From Eledone cirrhosa (lineage: Eukaryota): DNA of 64,000 bases. Below, piece after piece: positions 1 to 16,249 of this stretch. Position 1 is the stretch's first letter, and each line of letters opens with the position of its first letter. The translations under genes were made by a program, and so were the position numbers. A model generated the notes under the pieces. That model made no database searches. It saw nothing but the letters and a program-made list of their open reading frames with translations, and was not told the origin of the DNA. The stretch is taken from positions 198,400,001 through 198,464,000 of the forward strand of contig OZ024742.1 in the NCBI GenBank assembly GCA_964016885.1, read 5' to 3'.

Positions 1-3000
1 CCACATAAAATATATCAACACATCAGTCAGTGACCACCTGATATGCACCAACACATCAGTGACCACATGAAAGGTACCAACACATCAGTCAGTGACCACA
101 TGATATGTACCAACACATCAGTCAGTGACCACATGAAAGGTACCAACACATCAGTCAGTGACCACATGAAAGGTACCAACACATCAGTCAGTGACCACAT
201 GAAAGGTACCAACACATCAGTCAGTGACCACATGAGAGGTACCAACACATCCATCAGTGACCACATGAAAGGTACCAACACATCAATCAGTGACCACATG
301 AAAGGTACCAACACATCAGTAAGTGACCACATGAAAGGTACCAACACATCAGTAAGTGACCACATGAAAGGCACCAACACATCAGTTAGTGACCACATGA
401 AAGGTACCAACACATCAGTCAGTGACCACATGAAATGTACCAACACATCAGTCAGTGACCACATGATATGTACCAACACATCAGTCAGTGACCACATGAA
501 AGGTACCAACACATCAGTCAGTGACCACATGAAAGGTACCAACACATCAGTCAGTGACCACATGATATGCACCAACACATCAGTCAGTGACCACATGAAA
601 GTTACCAACACATCAGTCAGTGACCACATGAGAGGTACCAACACATCCGTCAGTGACCACATGAAGGGTACCAACACATCAATCAGTGACCACATGAAAG
701 GTACCAACACATCAGTAAGTGACCACATGAAAGGTACCAACACATCAACCAGTGACCACATGATATGTACCAACACATCAGTCAGTGACCACATGAAAGG
801 TACCAACACATCAGTCAGTGACCACATGAAGGGTACCAACACATCAGTCAGTGACCACATGATATGTACCAACACATCAGTAAGTGACCACATGAAAGGC
901 ACCAACACATCAGTTAGTGACCACATGAAAGGTACCAACACATCAGTCAGTGACCACATGAAAGGTACCAACACATCAGTCAGTGACCACATGAAAGGTA
1001 CCAACACATCAGTCAGTGAGCACATGATATGTACCAACACATCAGTCAGTGACCACAGGAAAGGTACCAACACATCAATCAGTGACCACATGAAAGGTAC
1101 CAACACATCAGTCAGTGACCACATGAAAGGTACCAACACATCAGTCAGTGACCATATGAAAGGTACCAACACATCAGTCAGTGACCACATGAAAGGTACC
1201 AACACATAAGTCAGTGACCCCATGAAAGGTACCAACACATCAGTCAGTGACCACATGAAAGGTACCAACACATCAGTCAGTGACCACATGAAAGGTACCA
1301 ACACATCAGTCAGTGACCACATGAAAGGTACCAACACATCAGTCAGTGACCACATGAAAGGTACCAACACATCAGTCAGTGACCACATGAAAGGTACCAA
1401 CACATCAGGCAGTGACCACATGATATGTACCAACACATCAGTAAGTGATCACATGAAAGGTACCAACACATCAGTCAGTGACCACATGAAAGGTACCAAC
1501 ACATCAGTAAGTGACCACATGAAAGGTACCAACACATCAGTAAGTGACCACATGAAAGGTACCAACACATCAGTCAGTGACCACATATGTACCAACACAT
1601 CAGTTAGTGACCACATGATATGCACCAACACATCAGTCAGTGACCACATGAAAGGTACCAACACATCAGTAAGTGACCACATGAAAGGCACCAACACATC
1701 AGTTAGTGACCACATGAAAGGTACCAACACATCAGTAAGTGACCACATGAAAGGTACCAACACATCAGGCAGTGACCACATGATATGTACCAACACATCA
1801 GTAAGTGACCACATGAAAGGTACCAAAACATCAGTCAGTGACCACATGAAAGGTACCAACACATCAGTAAGTGACCACATGAAAGGTACCAACACATCAG
1901 TAAGTGACCACATGAAAGGTACCAACACGTCAGTCAGTGACCACATATGTACCAACACATCAGTTAGTGACCACATGATATGCACCAACACATCAGTCAG
2001 TGACCACATGAAAGGTACCAACACATCAGTAAGTGACCACATGAAAGGCACCAACACATCAGTTAGTGACCACATGAAAGGTACCAACACATCAGTAAGT
2101 GACCACATGAAAGGTACCAACACATCAGTCAGTGACCACATATGTACCAGCACATCAGTTAGTGACCACATGATATGCACCAACACATCAGTCAGTGACC
2201 ACATGAAAGGTACCAACACATCAGTCAGTGACCACATGAAAGGTACCAACACATCAGTAAGTGACCACATGAAAGGTACCAACACATCAGTCAGTGATCA
2301 CATGATATGTACCAACACATCAGTCAGTGACCACATTAAAGGTACCAACACATCAGTCAGTGACCACATGATATGTACCAACACATCAGTCAGTGACCAC
2401 ATGAAAGGTACCAACACATCAATCAGTGACCACATGAAAGGTACCAACACATCAGTGACCACATGAAAGGTACCAACACATCAGTCAGTGACCACATATG
2501 TACCAACACATCAGTCAGTGACCACATATGTACCAACACGTCAGTTAGTGACCACATGATATGCACCAACACATCAGTCAGTGACCACATGAAAGGTACC
2601 AACACATCAGTAAGTGACCACAGGAAAGGCACCAACACATCAGTTAGTGACCACATGAAAGGTACCAACACATCAGTCAGTGACCACATGAAATGTACCA
2701 ACACAACAGTCAGTGACCACATGATATGTACCAACACATCAGTCAGTGACCACATGAAAGGTACCAACACATCAGTCAGTGACCACATGAAAGGTACCAA
2801 CACATCAGTCAGTGACCACATGATATGCACCAACACATCAGTCAGTGACCACATGAAAGTTACCAACACATCCGTCAGTGACCACATGAAGGGTACCAAC
2901 ACATCAATCAGTGACCACATGAAAGGTACCAACACATCAGTAAGTGACCACATGAAAGGTACCAACACATCAACCAGTGACCACATGATATGTACCAAAA

Positions 3001-6000
3001 CATCAGTCAGTGACCACATGATATGTACCAACACATCAGTAAGTGACCACATGAAAGGCACCAACACATCAGTTAGTGACCACATGAAAGGTACCAACAC
3101 ATCAGTCAGTGACCACATGAAAGGTACCAACACATCAGTAAGTGACCACATGAAAGGTACCAACACATCAGTAAGTGACCACATGAAAGGTACCAACACA
3201 TCAGTCAGTGACCACATATGTACCAACACATCAGTTAGTGACCACATGATATGCACCAACACATCAGTCAGTGACCACATGAAAGGTACCAACACATCAG
3301 TAAGTGACCACATGAAAGGCACCAACACATCAGTTAGTGACCACATGAAAGGTACCAACACATCAGTCAGTGACCACATGAAAGGTACCAACACATCAGT
3401 CAGTGACCACATGAAAGGTACCAACACATCAGTCAGTGACCACATGAGAGGTACCAACACATCCATCAGTGACCACATGAAAGGTACCAACACATCAATC
3501 AGTGACCACATGAAAGGTACCAACACATCAGTAAGTGACCACATGAAAGGTACCAACACATCAGTAAGTGACCACATGAAAGGCACCAACACATCAGTTA
3601 GTGACCACATGAAAGGTACCAACACATCAGTCAGTGACCACATGAAATGTACCAACACATCAGTCAGTGACCACATGATATGTACCAACACATCAGTCAG
3701 TGACCACATGAAAGGTACCAACACATCAGTCAGTGACCACATGAAAGGTACCAACACATCAGTCAGTGACCACATGATATGCACCAACACATCAGTCAGT
3801 GACCACATGAAAGTTAACACATCAGTCAGTGACCACATGAGAGGTACCAACACATCCGTCAGTGACCACATGAAGGGTACCAACACATCAATCAGTGACC
3901 ACATGAAAGGTACCAACACATCAGTAAGTGACCACATGAAAGGTACCAACACATCAACCAGTGACCACATGATATGTACCAAAACATCAGTCAGTGACCA
4001 CATGATATGTACCAACACATCAGTAAGTGACCACATGAAAGGCACCAACACATCAGTTAGTGACCACATGAAAGGTACCAACACATCAGTCAGTGACCAC
4101 ATGAAAGGTACCAACACATCAGTCAGTGACCACATGAAAGGTACCAACACATCAGTCAGTGAGCACATGATATGTACCAACACATCAGTCAGTGACCACA
4201 GGAAAGGTACCAACACATCAATCAGTGACCACATGAAAGGTACCAACACATCAGTCAGTGACCACATGAAAGGTACCAGCACATCAGTCAGTGACCATAT
4301 GAAACGTACCAACACATCAGTCAGTGACCACATGAAAGGTACCAACACATCAGTCAGTGACCACATGAAAGATACCAACACATCAGTCAGTGACCACATG
4401 AAAGGTACCAACACATCAGTCAGTGACCACATGAAAGGTACCAACACATCAGGCAGTGACCACATGATATGTACCAACACATCAGTAAGTGATCACATGA
4501 AAGGTACCAACACATCAGTCAGTGACCACATGAAAGGTACCAACACATCAGTAAGTGACCACATAAAAGGTACCAACACATCAGTAAGTGACCACATGAA
4601 AGGTACCAACACATCAGTCAGTGACCACATATGTACCAACACATCAGTTAGTGACCACATGATATGCACCAACACATCAGTCAGTGACCACATGAAAGGT
4701 ACCAACACATCAGTAAGTGACCACATGAAAGGCACCAACACATCAGTTAGTGACCACATGAAAGGTACCAACACATCAGTAAGTGACCACATGAAAGGTA
4801 CCAACACATCAGTCAGTGACCACATATGTACCAACACATCAGTTAGTGACCACATGATATGCACCAACACATCAGTCAGTGACCACATGATATGTACCAA
4901 CACATCAGTTAGTGACCACATGATATGCACCAACACATCAGTCAGTGACCACATGAGAGGTACCAACACATCAGTAAGTGACCACATGAAAGGCACCAAA
5001 ACATCAGTTAGTGACCACATGAAAGGTACCAACACATCAATCAGTGACCACATGAAATGTACCAACACATCAGTCAGTGACCACATGAAAGGTACCAACA
5101 CATCAGTCAGTGACCACATGAAAGGTACCAACACATCAGTCAGTGACCACATGATATGCACCAACACATCAGTCAGTGACCACATGAAAGTTACCAACAC
5201 ATCAGTCAGTGACCACATGAGAGGTACCAACACATCCGTCAGTGACCACATGATATGCACCAACACATCAGTCAGTGACCACATGAAAGTTACCAACACA
5301 CCAGTCAGTGACCACATGAGAGGTACCAACACATCAATCAGTGACCACATGAAAGGTACCAACACATCAGTTAGTGACCACATGAAAGGTACCAACACAT
5401 CAGTCAGTGACCACATGAAAGGTACCAACACATCAGTCAGTGACCACATATGTACCAACACATCAGTCAGTGACCACATGATATGTACTAACATCAGTAA
5501 GTGACCACATGAAAGGTACCAACACATCAGTCAGTGACCACGTGAGAGGTACCAACACATCCGTCAGTGACCACATGAAAGGTACCAACACATCAGTCAG
5601 TGACCACATATGTACCAACACATCAGTAAGTGACCATTGAAAGGTACAAACACATCAGTCAGTGACCACATGAAAGGTACCAACACATCAGTCAGTGATC
5701 ACATGAAAGGTACCAACACATCAGTCAGTGACCACATGATATGTACCAACACATCAGTCAGTGACCACATGAAAGGTACCAACACATCAATCAGTGACCA
5801 CATGAAAGGTACCAACACATCAGTGACCGCATGAAAGGTACCAACACATCAGTCAGGGACCACATATGTACCAACACATCAGTCAGTGACCACATGATAT
5901 GTACCAACACGTCAGTTAGTGACCACATGATATGCACCAACACATCAGTCAGTGACCACATGAAAGGTACCAACACATCAGTAAGTGACCAAATGAAAGG

Positions 6001-9000
6001 CACCAACACATCAGTTAGTGACCACATGAAAGGTACCAACACATCAGTCAGTGACCACATGAAATGTACCAACACATCAGTCAGTGACCACATGATATGT
6101 ACCAACACATCAGTCAGTGACCACATGAAAGGTACCAATACATCAGACAGTGACCACATGAAAGGTACCAACACATCAGTAAGTGACCACATGAAAGGTA
6201 CCAACACATCAGTAAGTGACCACATGAAAGGTACCAACACATCAGTCAGTGACCACATAAAATATATCAACACATCAGTCAGTGACCACCTGATATGCAC
6301 CAACACATCAGTGACCACATGAAAGGTACCAACACATCAGTCAGTGACCACATGATATGTACCAACACATCAGTCAGTGACCACATGAAAGGTACCAACA
6401 CATCAGTCAGTGACCACATGAAAGGTACCAACACATCAGTCAGTGACCACATGAAAGGTACCAACACATCAGTCAGTGACCACATGAGAGGTACCAACAC
6501 ATCCATCAGTGACCACATGAAAGGTACCAACACATCAATCAGTGACCACATGAAAGGTACCAACACATCAGTAAGTGACCACATGAAAGGTACCAACACA
6601 TCAGTAAGTGACCACATGAAAGGCACCAACACATCAGTTAGTGACCACATGAAAGGTACCAACACATCAGTCAGTGACCACATGAAATGTACCAACACAT
6701 CAGTCAGTGACCACATGATATGTACCAACACATCAGTCAGTGACCACATGAAAGGTACCAACACATCAGTCAGTGACCACATGAAAGGTACCAACACATC
6801 AGTCAGTGACCACATGATATGCACCAACACATCAGTCAGTGACCACATGAAAGTTACCAACACATCAGTCAGTGACCACATGAGAGGTACCAACACATCC
6901 GTCAGTGACCACATGAAGGGTACCAACACATCAATCAGTGACCACATGAAAGGTACCAACACATCAGTAAGTGACCACATGAAAGGTACCAACACATCAA
7001 CCAGTGACCACATGATATGTACCAACACATCAGTCAGTGACCACATGAAAGGTACCAACACATCAGTCAGTGACCACATGAAGGGTACCAACACATCAGT
7101 CAGTGACCACATGATATGTACCAACACATCAGTAAGTGACCACATGAAAGGCACCAACACATCAGTTAGTGACCACATGAAAGGTACCAACACATCAGTC
7201 AGTGACCACATGAAAGGTACCAACACATCAGTCAGTGACCACATGAAAGGTACCAACACATCAGTCAGTGAGCACATGATATGTACCAACACATCAGTCA
7301 GTGACCACAGGAAAGGTACCAACACATCAATCAGTGACCACATGAAAGGTACCAACACATCAGTCAGTGACCACATGAAAGGTACCAACACATCAGTCAG
7401 TGACCATATGAAAGGTACCAACACATCAGTCAGTGACCACATGAAAGGTACCAACACATAAGTCAGTGACCCCATGAAAGGTACCAACACATCAGTCAGT
7501 GACCACATGAAAGGTACCAACACATCAGTCAGTGACCACATGAAAGGTACCAACACATCAGTCAGTGACCACATGAAAGGTACCAACACATCAGTCAGTG
7601 ACCACATGAAAGGTACCAACACATCAGTCAGTGACCACATGAAAGGTACCAACACATCAGGCAGTGACCACATGATATGTACCAACACATCAGTAAGTGA
7701 TCACATGAAAGGTACCAACACATCAGTCAGTGACCACATGAAAGGTACCAACACATCAGTAAGTGACCACATGAAAGGTACCAACACATCAGTAAGTGAC
7801 CACATGAAAGGTACCAACACATCAGTCAGTGACCACATATGTACCAACACATCAGTTAGTGACCACATGATATGCACCAACACATCAGTCAGTGACCACA
7901 TGAAAGGTACCAACACATCAGTAAGTGACCACATGAAAGGCACCAACACATCAGTTAGTGACCACATGAAAGGTACCAACACATCAGTAAGTGACCACAT
8001 GAAAGGTACCAACACATCAGGCAGTGACCACATGATATGTACCAACACATCAGTAAGTGACCACATGAAAGGTACCAAAACATCAGTCAGTGACCACATG
8101 AAAGGTACCAACACGTCAGTAAGTGACCACATGAAAGGTACCAACACATCAGTAAGTGACCACATGAAAGGTACCAACACATCAGTCAGTGACCACATAT
8201 GTACCAACACATCAGTTAGTGACCACATGATATGCACCAACACATCAGTCAGTGACCACATGAAAGGTACCAACACATCAGTAAGTGACCACATGAAAGG
8301 CACCAACACATCAGTTAGTGACCACATGAAAGGTACCAACACATCAGTAAGTGACCACATGAAAGGTACCAACACATCAGTCAGTGACCACATATGTACC
8401 AGCACATCAGTTAGTGACCACATGATATGCACCAACACATCAGTCAGTGACCACATGAAAGGTACCAACACATCAGTCAGTGACCACATGAAAGGTACCA
8501 ACACATCAGTAAGTGACCACATGAAAGGTACCAACACATCAGTCAGTGATCACATGATATGTACCAACACATCAGTCAGTGACCACATTAAAGGTACCAA
8601 CACATCAGTCAGTGACCACATGATATGTACCAACACATCAGTCAGTGACCACATGAAAGGTACCAACACATCAATCAGTGACCACATGAAAGGTACCAAC
8701 ACATCAGTGACCACATGAAAGGTACCAACACATCAGTCAGTGACCACATATGTACCAACACATCAGTCAGTGACCACATATGTACCAACACGTCAGTTAG
8801 TGACCACATGATATGCACCAACACATCAGTCAGTGACCACATGAAAGGTACCAACACATCAGTAAGTGACCACAGGAAAGGCACCAACACATCAGTTAGT
8901 GACCACATGAAAGGTACCAACACATCAGTCAGTGACCACATGAAATGTACCAACACAACAGTCAGTGACCACATGATATGTACCAACACATCAGTCAGTG

Positions 9001-12000
9001 ACCACATGAAAGGTACCAACACATCAGTCAGTGACCACATGAAAGGTACCAACACATCAGTCAGTGACCACATGATATGCACCAACACATCAGTCAGTGA
9101 CCACATGAAAGTTACCAACACATCCGTCAGTGACCACATGAAGGGTACCAACACATCAATCAGTGACCACATGAAAGGTACCAACACATCAGTAAGTGAC
9201 CACATGAAAGGTACCAACACATCAACCAGTGACCACATGATATGTACCAAAACATCAGTCAGTGACCACATGATATGTACCAACACATCAGTAAGTGACC
9301 ACATGAAAGGCACCAACACATCAGTTAGTGACCACATGAAAGGTACCAACACATCAGTCAGTGACCACATGAAAGGTACCAACACATCAGTAAGTGACCA
9401 CATGAAAGGTACCAACACATCAGTAAGTGACCACATGAAAGGTACCAACACATCAGTCAGTGACCACATATGTACCAACACATCAGTTAGTGACCACATG
9501 ATATGCACCAACACATCAGTCAGTGACCACATGAAAGGTACCAACACATCAGTAAGTGACCACATGAAAGGCACCAACACATCAGTTAGTGACCACATGA
9601 AAGGTACCAACACATCAGTCAGTGACCACATGAAAGGTACCAACACATCAGTCAGTGACCACATGAAAGGTACCAACACATCAGTCAGTGACCACATGAG
9701 AGGTACCAACACATCCATCAGTGACCACATGAAAGGTACCAACACATCAATCAGTGACCACATGAAAGGTACCAACACATCAGTAAGTGACCACATGAAA
9801 GGTACCAACACATCAGTAAGTGACCACATGAAAGGCACCAACACATCAGTTAGTGACCACATGAAAGGTACCAACACATCAGTCAGTGACCACATGAAAT
9901 GTACCAACACATCAGTCAGTGACCACATGATATGTACCAACACATCAGTCAGTGACCACATGAAAGGTACCAACACATCAGTCAGTGACCACATGAAAGG
10001 TACCAACACATCAGTCAGTGACCACATGATATGCACCAACACATCAGTCAGTGACCACATGAAAGTTAACAACACATCAGTCAGTGACCACATGAGAGGT
10101 ACCAACACATCCGTCAGTGACCACATGAAGGGTACCAACACATCAATCAGTGACCACATGAAAGGTACCAACACATCAGTAAGTGACCACATGAAAGGTA
10201 CCAACACATCAACCAGTGACCACATGATATGTACCAAAACATCAGTCAGTGACCACATGATATGTACCAACACATCAGTAAGTGACCACATGAAAGGCAC
10301 CAACACATCAGTTAGTGACCACATGAAAGGTACCAACACATCAGTCAGTGACCACATGAAAGGTACCAACACATCAGTCAGTGACCACATGAAAGGTACC
10401 AACACATCAGTCAGTGAGCACATGATATGTACCAACACATCAGTCAGTGACCACAGGAAAGGTACCAACACATCAATCAGTGACCACATGAAAGGTACCA
10501 ACACATCAGTCAGTGACCACATGAAAGGTACCAGCACATCAGTCAGTGACCATATGAAACGTACCAACACATCAGTCAGTGACCACATGAAAGGTACCAA
10601 CACATCAGTCAGTGACCACATGAAAGATACCAACACATCAGTCAGTGACCACATGAAAGGTACCAACACATCAGTCAGTGACCACATGAAAGGTACCAAC
10701 ACATCAGGCAGTGACCACATGATATGTACCAACACATCAGTAAGTGATCACATGAAAGGTACCAACACATCAGTCAGTGACCACATGAAAGGTACCAACA
10801 CATCAGTAAGTGACCACATAAAAGGTACCAACACATCAGTAAGTGACCACATGAAAGGTACCAACACATCAGTCAGTGACCACATATGTACCAACACATC
10901 AGTTAGTGACCACATGATATGCACCAACACATCAGTCAGTGACCACATGAAAGGTACCAACACATCAGTAAGTGACCACATGAAAGGCACCAACACATCA
11001 GTTAGTGACCACATGAAAGGTACCAACACATCAGTAAGTGACCACATGAAAGGTACCAACACATCAGTCAGTGACCACATATGTACCAACACATCAGTTA
11101 GTGACCACATGATATGCACCAACACATCAGTCAGTGACCACATGATATGTACCAACACATCAGTTAGTGACCACATGATATGCACCAACACATCAGTCAG
11201 TGACCACATGAGAGGTACCAACACATCAGTAAGTGACCACATGAAAGGCACCAACACATCAGTTAGTGACCACATGAAAGGTACCAACACATCAATCAGT
11301 GACCACATGAAATGTACCAACACATCAGTCAGTGACCACATGAAAGGTACCAACACATCAGTCAGTGACCACATGAAAGGTACCAACACATCAGTCAGTG
11401 ACCACATGATATGCACCAACACATCAGTCAGTGACCACATGAAAGTTACCAACACATCAGTCAGTGACCACATGAGAGGTACCAACACATCCGTCAGTGA
11501 CCACATGATATGCACCAACACATCAGTCAGTGACCACATGAAAGTTACCAACACACCAGTCAGTGACCACATGAGAGGTACCAACACATCAATCAGTGAC
11601 CACATGAAAGGTACCAACACATCAGTTAGTGACCACATGAAAGGTACCAACACATCAGTCAGTGACCACATGAAAGGTACCAACACATCAGTCAGTGACC
11701 ACATATGTACCAACACATCAGTCAGTGACCACATGATATGTACTAACATCAGTAAGTGACCACATGAAAGGTACCAACACATCAGTCAGTGACCACGTGA
11801 GAGGTACCAACACATCCGTCAGTGACCACATGAAAGGTACCAACACATCAGTCAGTGACCACATATGTACCAACACATCAGTAAGTGACCATTGAAAGGT
11901 ACAAACACATCAGTCAGTGACCACATGAAAGGTACCAACACATCAGTCAGTGATCACATGAAAGGTACCAACACATCAGTCAGTGACCACATGATATGTA

Positions 12001-15000
12001 CCAACACATCAGTCAGTGACCACATGAAAGGTACCAACACATCAATCAGTGACCACATGAAAGGTACCAACACATCAGTGACCGCATGAAAGGTACCAAC
12101 ACATCAGTCAGGGACCACATATGTACCAACACATCAGTCAGTGACCACATGATATGTACCAACACGTCAGTTAGTGACCACATGATATGCACCAACACAT
12201 CAGTCAGTGACCACATGAAAGGTACCAACACATCAGTAAGTGACCAAATGAAAGGCACCAACACATCAGTTAGTGACCACATGAAAGGTACCAACACATC
12301 AGTCAGTGACCACATTAAATGTACCGACACATCAGTCAGTGACCACATGATATGTACCAACACATCAGTCAGTGACCACATGAAAGGTACCAATACATCA
12401 GACAGTGACCACATGAAAGGTACCAACACATCAGTAAGTGACCACATGAAAGGTACCAACACATCAGTAAGTGACCACATGAAAGGTACCAACACATCAG
12501 TCAGTGACCACATAAAATATAACACATCAGTCAGTGACCACATGATATGCACCAACACATCAGTGACCACATGAAAGGTACCAACACATCAGTCAGTGAC
12601 CACATGATATGTACCAACACATCAGTCAGTGACCACATGAAAGGTACCAACACATCAGTCAGTGACCACATGAAAGGTACCAACACATCAGTCAGTGACC
12701 ACATGAAAGGTACCAACACATCAGTCAGTGACCACATGAGAGGTACCAACACATCCATCAGTGACCACATGAAAGGTACCAACACATCAATCAGTGACCA
12801 CATGAAAGGTACCAACACATCAGTAAGTGACCACATGAAAGGTACCAACACATCAGTAAGTGACCACATGAAAGGCACCAACACATCAGTTAGTGACCAC
12901 ATGAAAGGTACCAACACATCAGTCAGTGACCACATGAAATGTACCAACACATCAGTCAGTGACCACATGATATGTACCAACACATCAGTCAGTGACCACA
13001 TGAAAGGTACCAACACATCAGTCAGTGACCACATGAAAGGTACCAACACATCAGTCAGTGACCACATGATATGCACCAACACATCAGTCAGTGACCACAT
13101 GAAAGTTACCAACACATCAGTCAGTGACCACATGAGAGGTACCAACACATCCGTCAGTGACCACATGAAGGGTACCAACACATCAATCAGTGACCACATG
13201 AAAGGTACCAACACATCAGTAAGTGACCACATGAAAGGTACCAACACATCAACCAGTGACCACATGATATGTACCAACACATCAGTCAGTGACCACATGA
13301 AAGGTACCAACACATCAGTCAGTGACCACATGAAGGGTACCAACACATCAGTCAGTGACCACATGATATGTACCAACACATCAGTAAGTGACCACATGAA
13401 AGGCACCAACACATCAGTTAGTGACCACATGAAAGGTACCAACACATCAGTCAGTGAGCACATGATATGTACCAACACATCAGTCAGTGACCACAGGAAA
13501 GGTACCAACACATCAATCAGTGACCACATGAAAGGTACCAACACATCAGTCAGTGACCACATGAAAGGTACCAACACATCAGTCAGTGACCATATGAAAG
13601 GTACCAACACATCAGTCAGTGACCACATGAAAGGTACCAACACATAAGTCAGTGACCCCATGAAAGGTACCAACACATCAGTCAGTGACCACATGAAAGG
13701 TACCAACACATCAGTCAGTGACCACATGAAAGGTACCAACACATCAGTCAGTGACCACATGAAAGGTACCAACACATCAGTCAGTGACCACATGAAAGGT
13801 ACCAACACATCAGTCAGTGACCACATGAAAGGTACCAACACATCAGGCAGTGACCACATGATATGTACCAACACATCAGTAAGTGATCACATGAAAGGTA
13901 CCAACACATCAGTCAGTGACCACATGAAAGGTACCAACACATCAGTAAGTGACCACATGAAAGGTACCAACACATCAGTAAGTGACCACATGAAAGGTAC
14001 CAACACATCAGTCAGTGACCACATATGTACCAACACATCAGTTAGTGACCACATGATATGCACCAACACATCAGTCAGTGACCACATGAAAGGTACCAAC
14101 ACATCAGTAAGTGACCACATGAAAGGCACCAACACATCAGTTAGTGACCACATGAAAGGTACCAACACATCAGTAAGTGACCACATGAAAGGTACCAACA
14201 CATCAGTCAGTGACCACATATGTACCAACACATCAGTTAGTGACCACATGATATGCACCAACACATCAGTCAGTGACCACATGATATGTACCAACACATC
14301 AGTTAGTGACCACATGATATGCACCAACACATCAGTCAGTGACCACATGAGAGGTACCAACACATCAGTAAGTGACCACATGAAAGGCACCAACACATCA
14401 GTTAGTGACCACATGAAAGGTACCAACACATCAATCAGTGACCACATGAAATGTACCAACACATCAGTCAGTGACCACATGAAAGGTACCAACACATCAG
14501 TCAGTGACCACATGAAAGGTACCAACACATCAGTCAGTGACCACATGATATGCACCAACACATCAGTCAGTGACCACATGAAAGTTACCAACACATCAGT
14601 CAGTGACCACATGAGAGGTACCAACACATCAGTCAGTGACCACATGAAAGTTACCAACACACCAGTCAGTGACCACATGAGAGGTACCAACACATCAATC
14701 AGTGACCACATGAAAGGTACCAACACATCAGTTAGTGACCACATGAAAGGTACCAACACATCAGTCAGTGATCACATGAAAGGTACCAACACATCAGTCA
14801 GTGACCACATATGTACCAACACATCAGTCAGTGACCACATGATATGTACTAACATCAGTAAGTGACCACATGAAAGGTACCAACACATCAGTCAGTGACC
14901 ACATGAGAGGTACCAACACATCCGTCAGTGACCACATGAAAGGTACCAACACATCAGTCAGTGACCACATATGTACCAACACATCAGTAAGTGACCATTG

Positions 15001-15450
15001 AAAGGTACAAACACATCAGTCAGTGACCACATGAAAGGTACCAACACATCAGTCAGTGATCACATGAAAGGTACCAACACATCAGTCAGTGACCACATGA
15101 TATGTACCAACACATCAGTCAGTGACCACATGAAAGGTACCAACACATCAATCAGTGACCACATGAAAGGTACCAACACATCAGTGACCGCATGAAAGGT
15201 ACCAACACATCAGTCAGGGACCACATATGTACCAACACATCAGTCAGTGACCACATGATATGTACCAACACGTCAGTTAGTGACCACATGATATGCACCA
15301 ACACATCAGTCAGTGACCACATGAAAGGTACCAACACATCAGTAAGTGACCACATGAAAGGCACCAACACATCAGTTAGTGACCACATGAAAGGTACCAA
15401 CACATCAGTCAGTGACCACATGAAATGTACCAACACATCAGTCAGTGACC
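1..15450 (+). repeat. Higher-order repeat A, period 6252 bp: two full copies (about 1-6252 and 6253-12504) and a third, internally deleted copy (about 12505-15450)
   Basis: ORF starts recur at 43, 6295 and 12547 (offsets 6252, 6252). Rare markers (CACATAAAATAT, GTGAGCAC, ACATAAGTCAGTGACCCC, TACTAACATC, GACCATTG, CAGGGACC) recur in the same order. Confidence 0.95.
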
Positions 15451-16249
15451 ACATGATATGTACCAACACATCAGTCAGTGACCACATGAAAGGTACCAAC
15501 ACATCAGTCAGTGACCACATGATATGCACCAACACATCAGTCAGTGACCACATGAAAGTTACCAACACATCAGTGACCACATGAGAGGTACCAACACATC
15601 CGTCAGTGACCACATGAAAGGTACCAACACATCAATCAGTGACCACATGAAAGGTACCAACACATCAGTAAGTGACCACATAAAAGGTACCAACACATCA
15701 GTCAGTGACCACATGATATGTACCAACACATCAGTCAGTGACCACATGATATGTACCAACACATCAGTAAGTGACCACATGAAAGGCACCAACACATCAG
15801 TTAGTGACCACATGAAAGGTACCAACACATCAGTCAGTGACCACAGGAAAGGTACCAACACATCAATCAGTGACCACATGAAAGGTACCAACACATCAGT
15901 CAGTGACCACATGAAAGGTACCAACACATCAGTCAGTGACCATATGAAAGGTACCAACACATCAGTCAGTGACCACATGAAAGGTACCAACACATAAGTC
16001 AGTAACCCCATGAAAGTTACCAACACATCAGTCAGTGACCACATGAAAGGTACCAACACATCAGTCAGTGACCACATGAAAGGTACCAACACATCAGTCA
16101 GTGATAACATGAAAGGTACCAACACATCAGTCAGTGACCAGATGATATGAACCAACACATCCGTCAGTGACCACATGAAAGGTACCAACACATAAGTCAG
16201 TGACCCCATGAAAGGTACCAAAACATCAGTCAGTGACCACATGAAAGGT

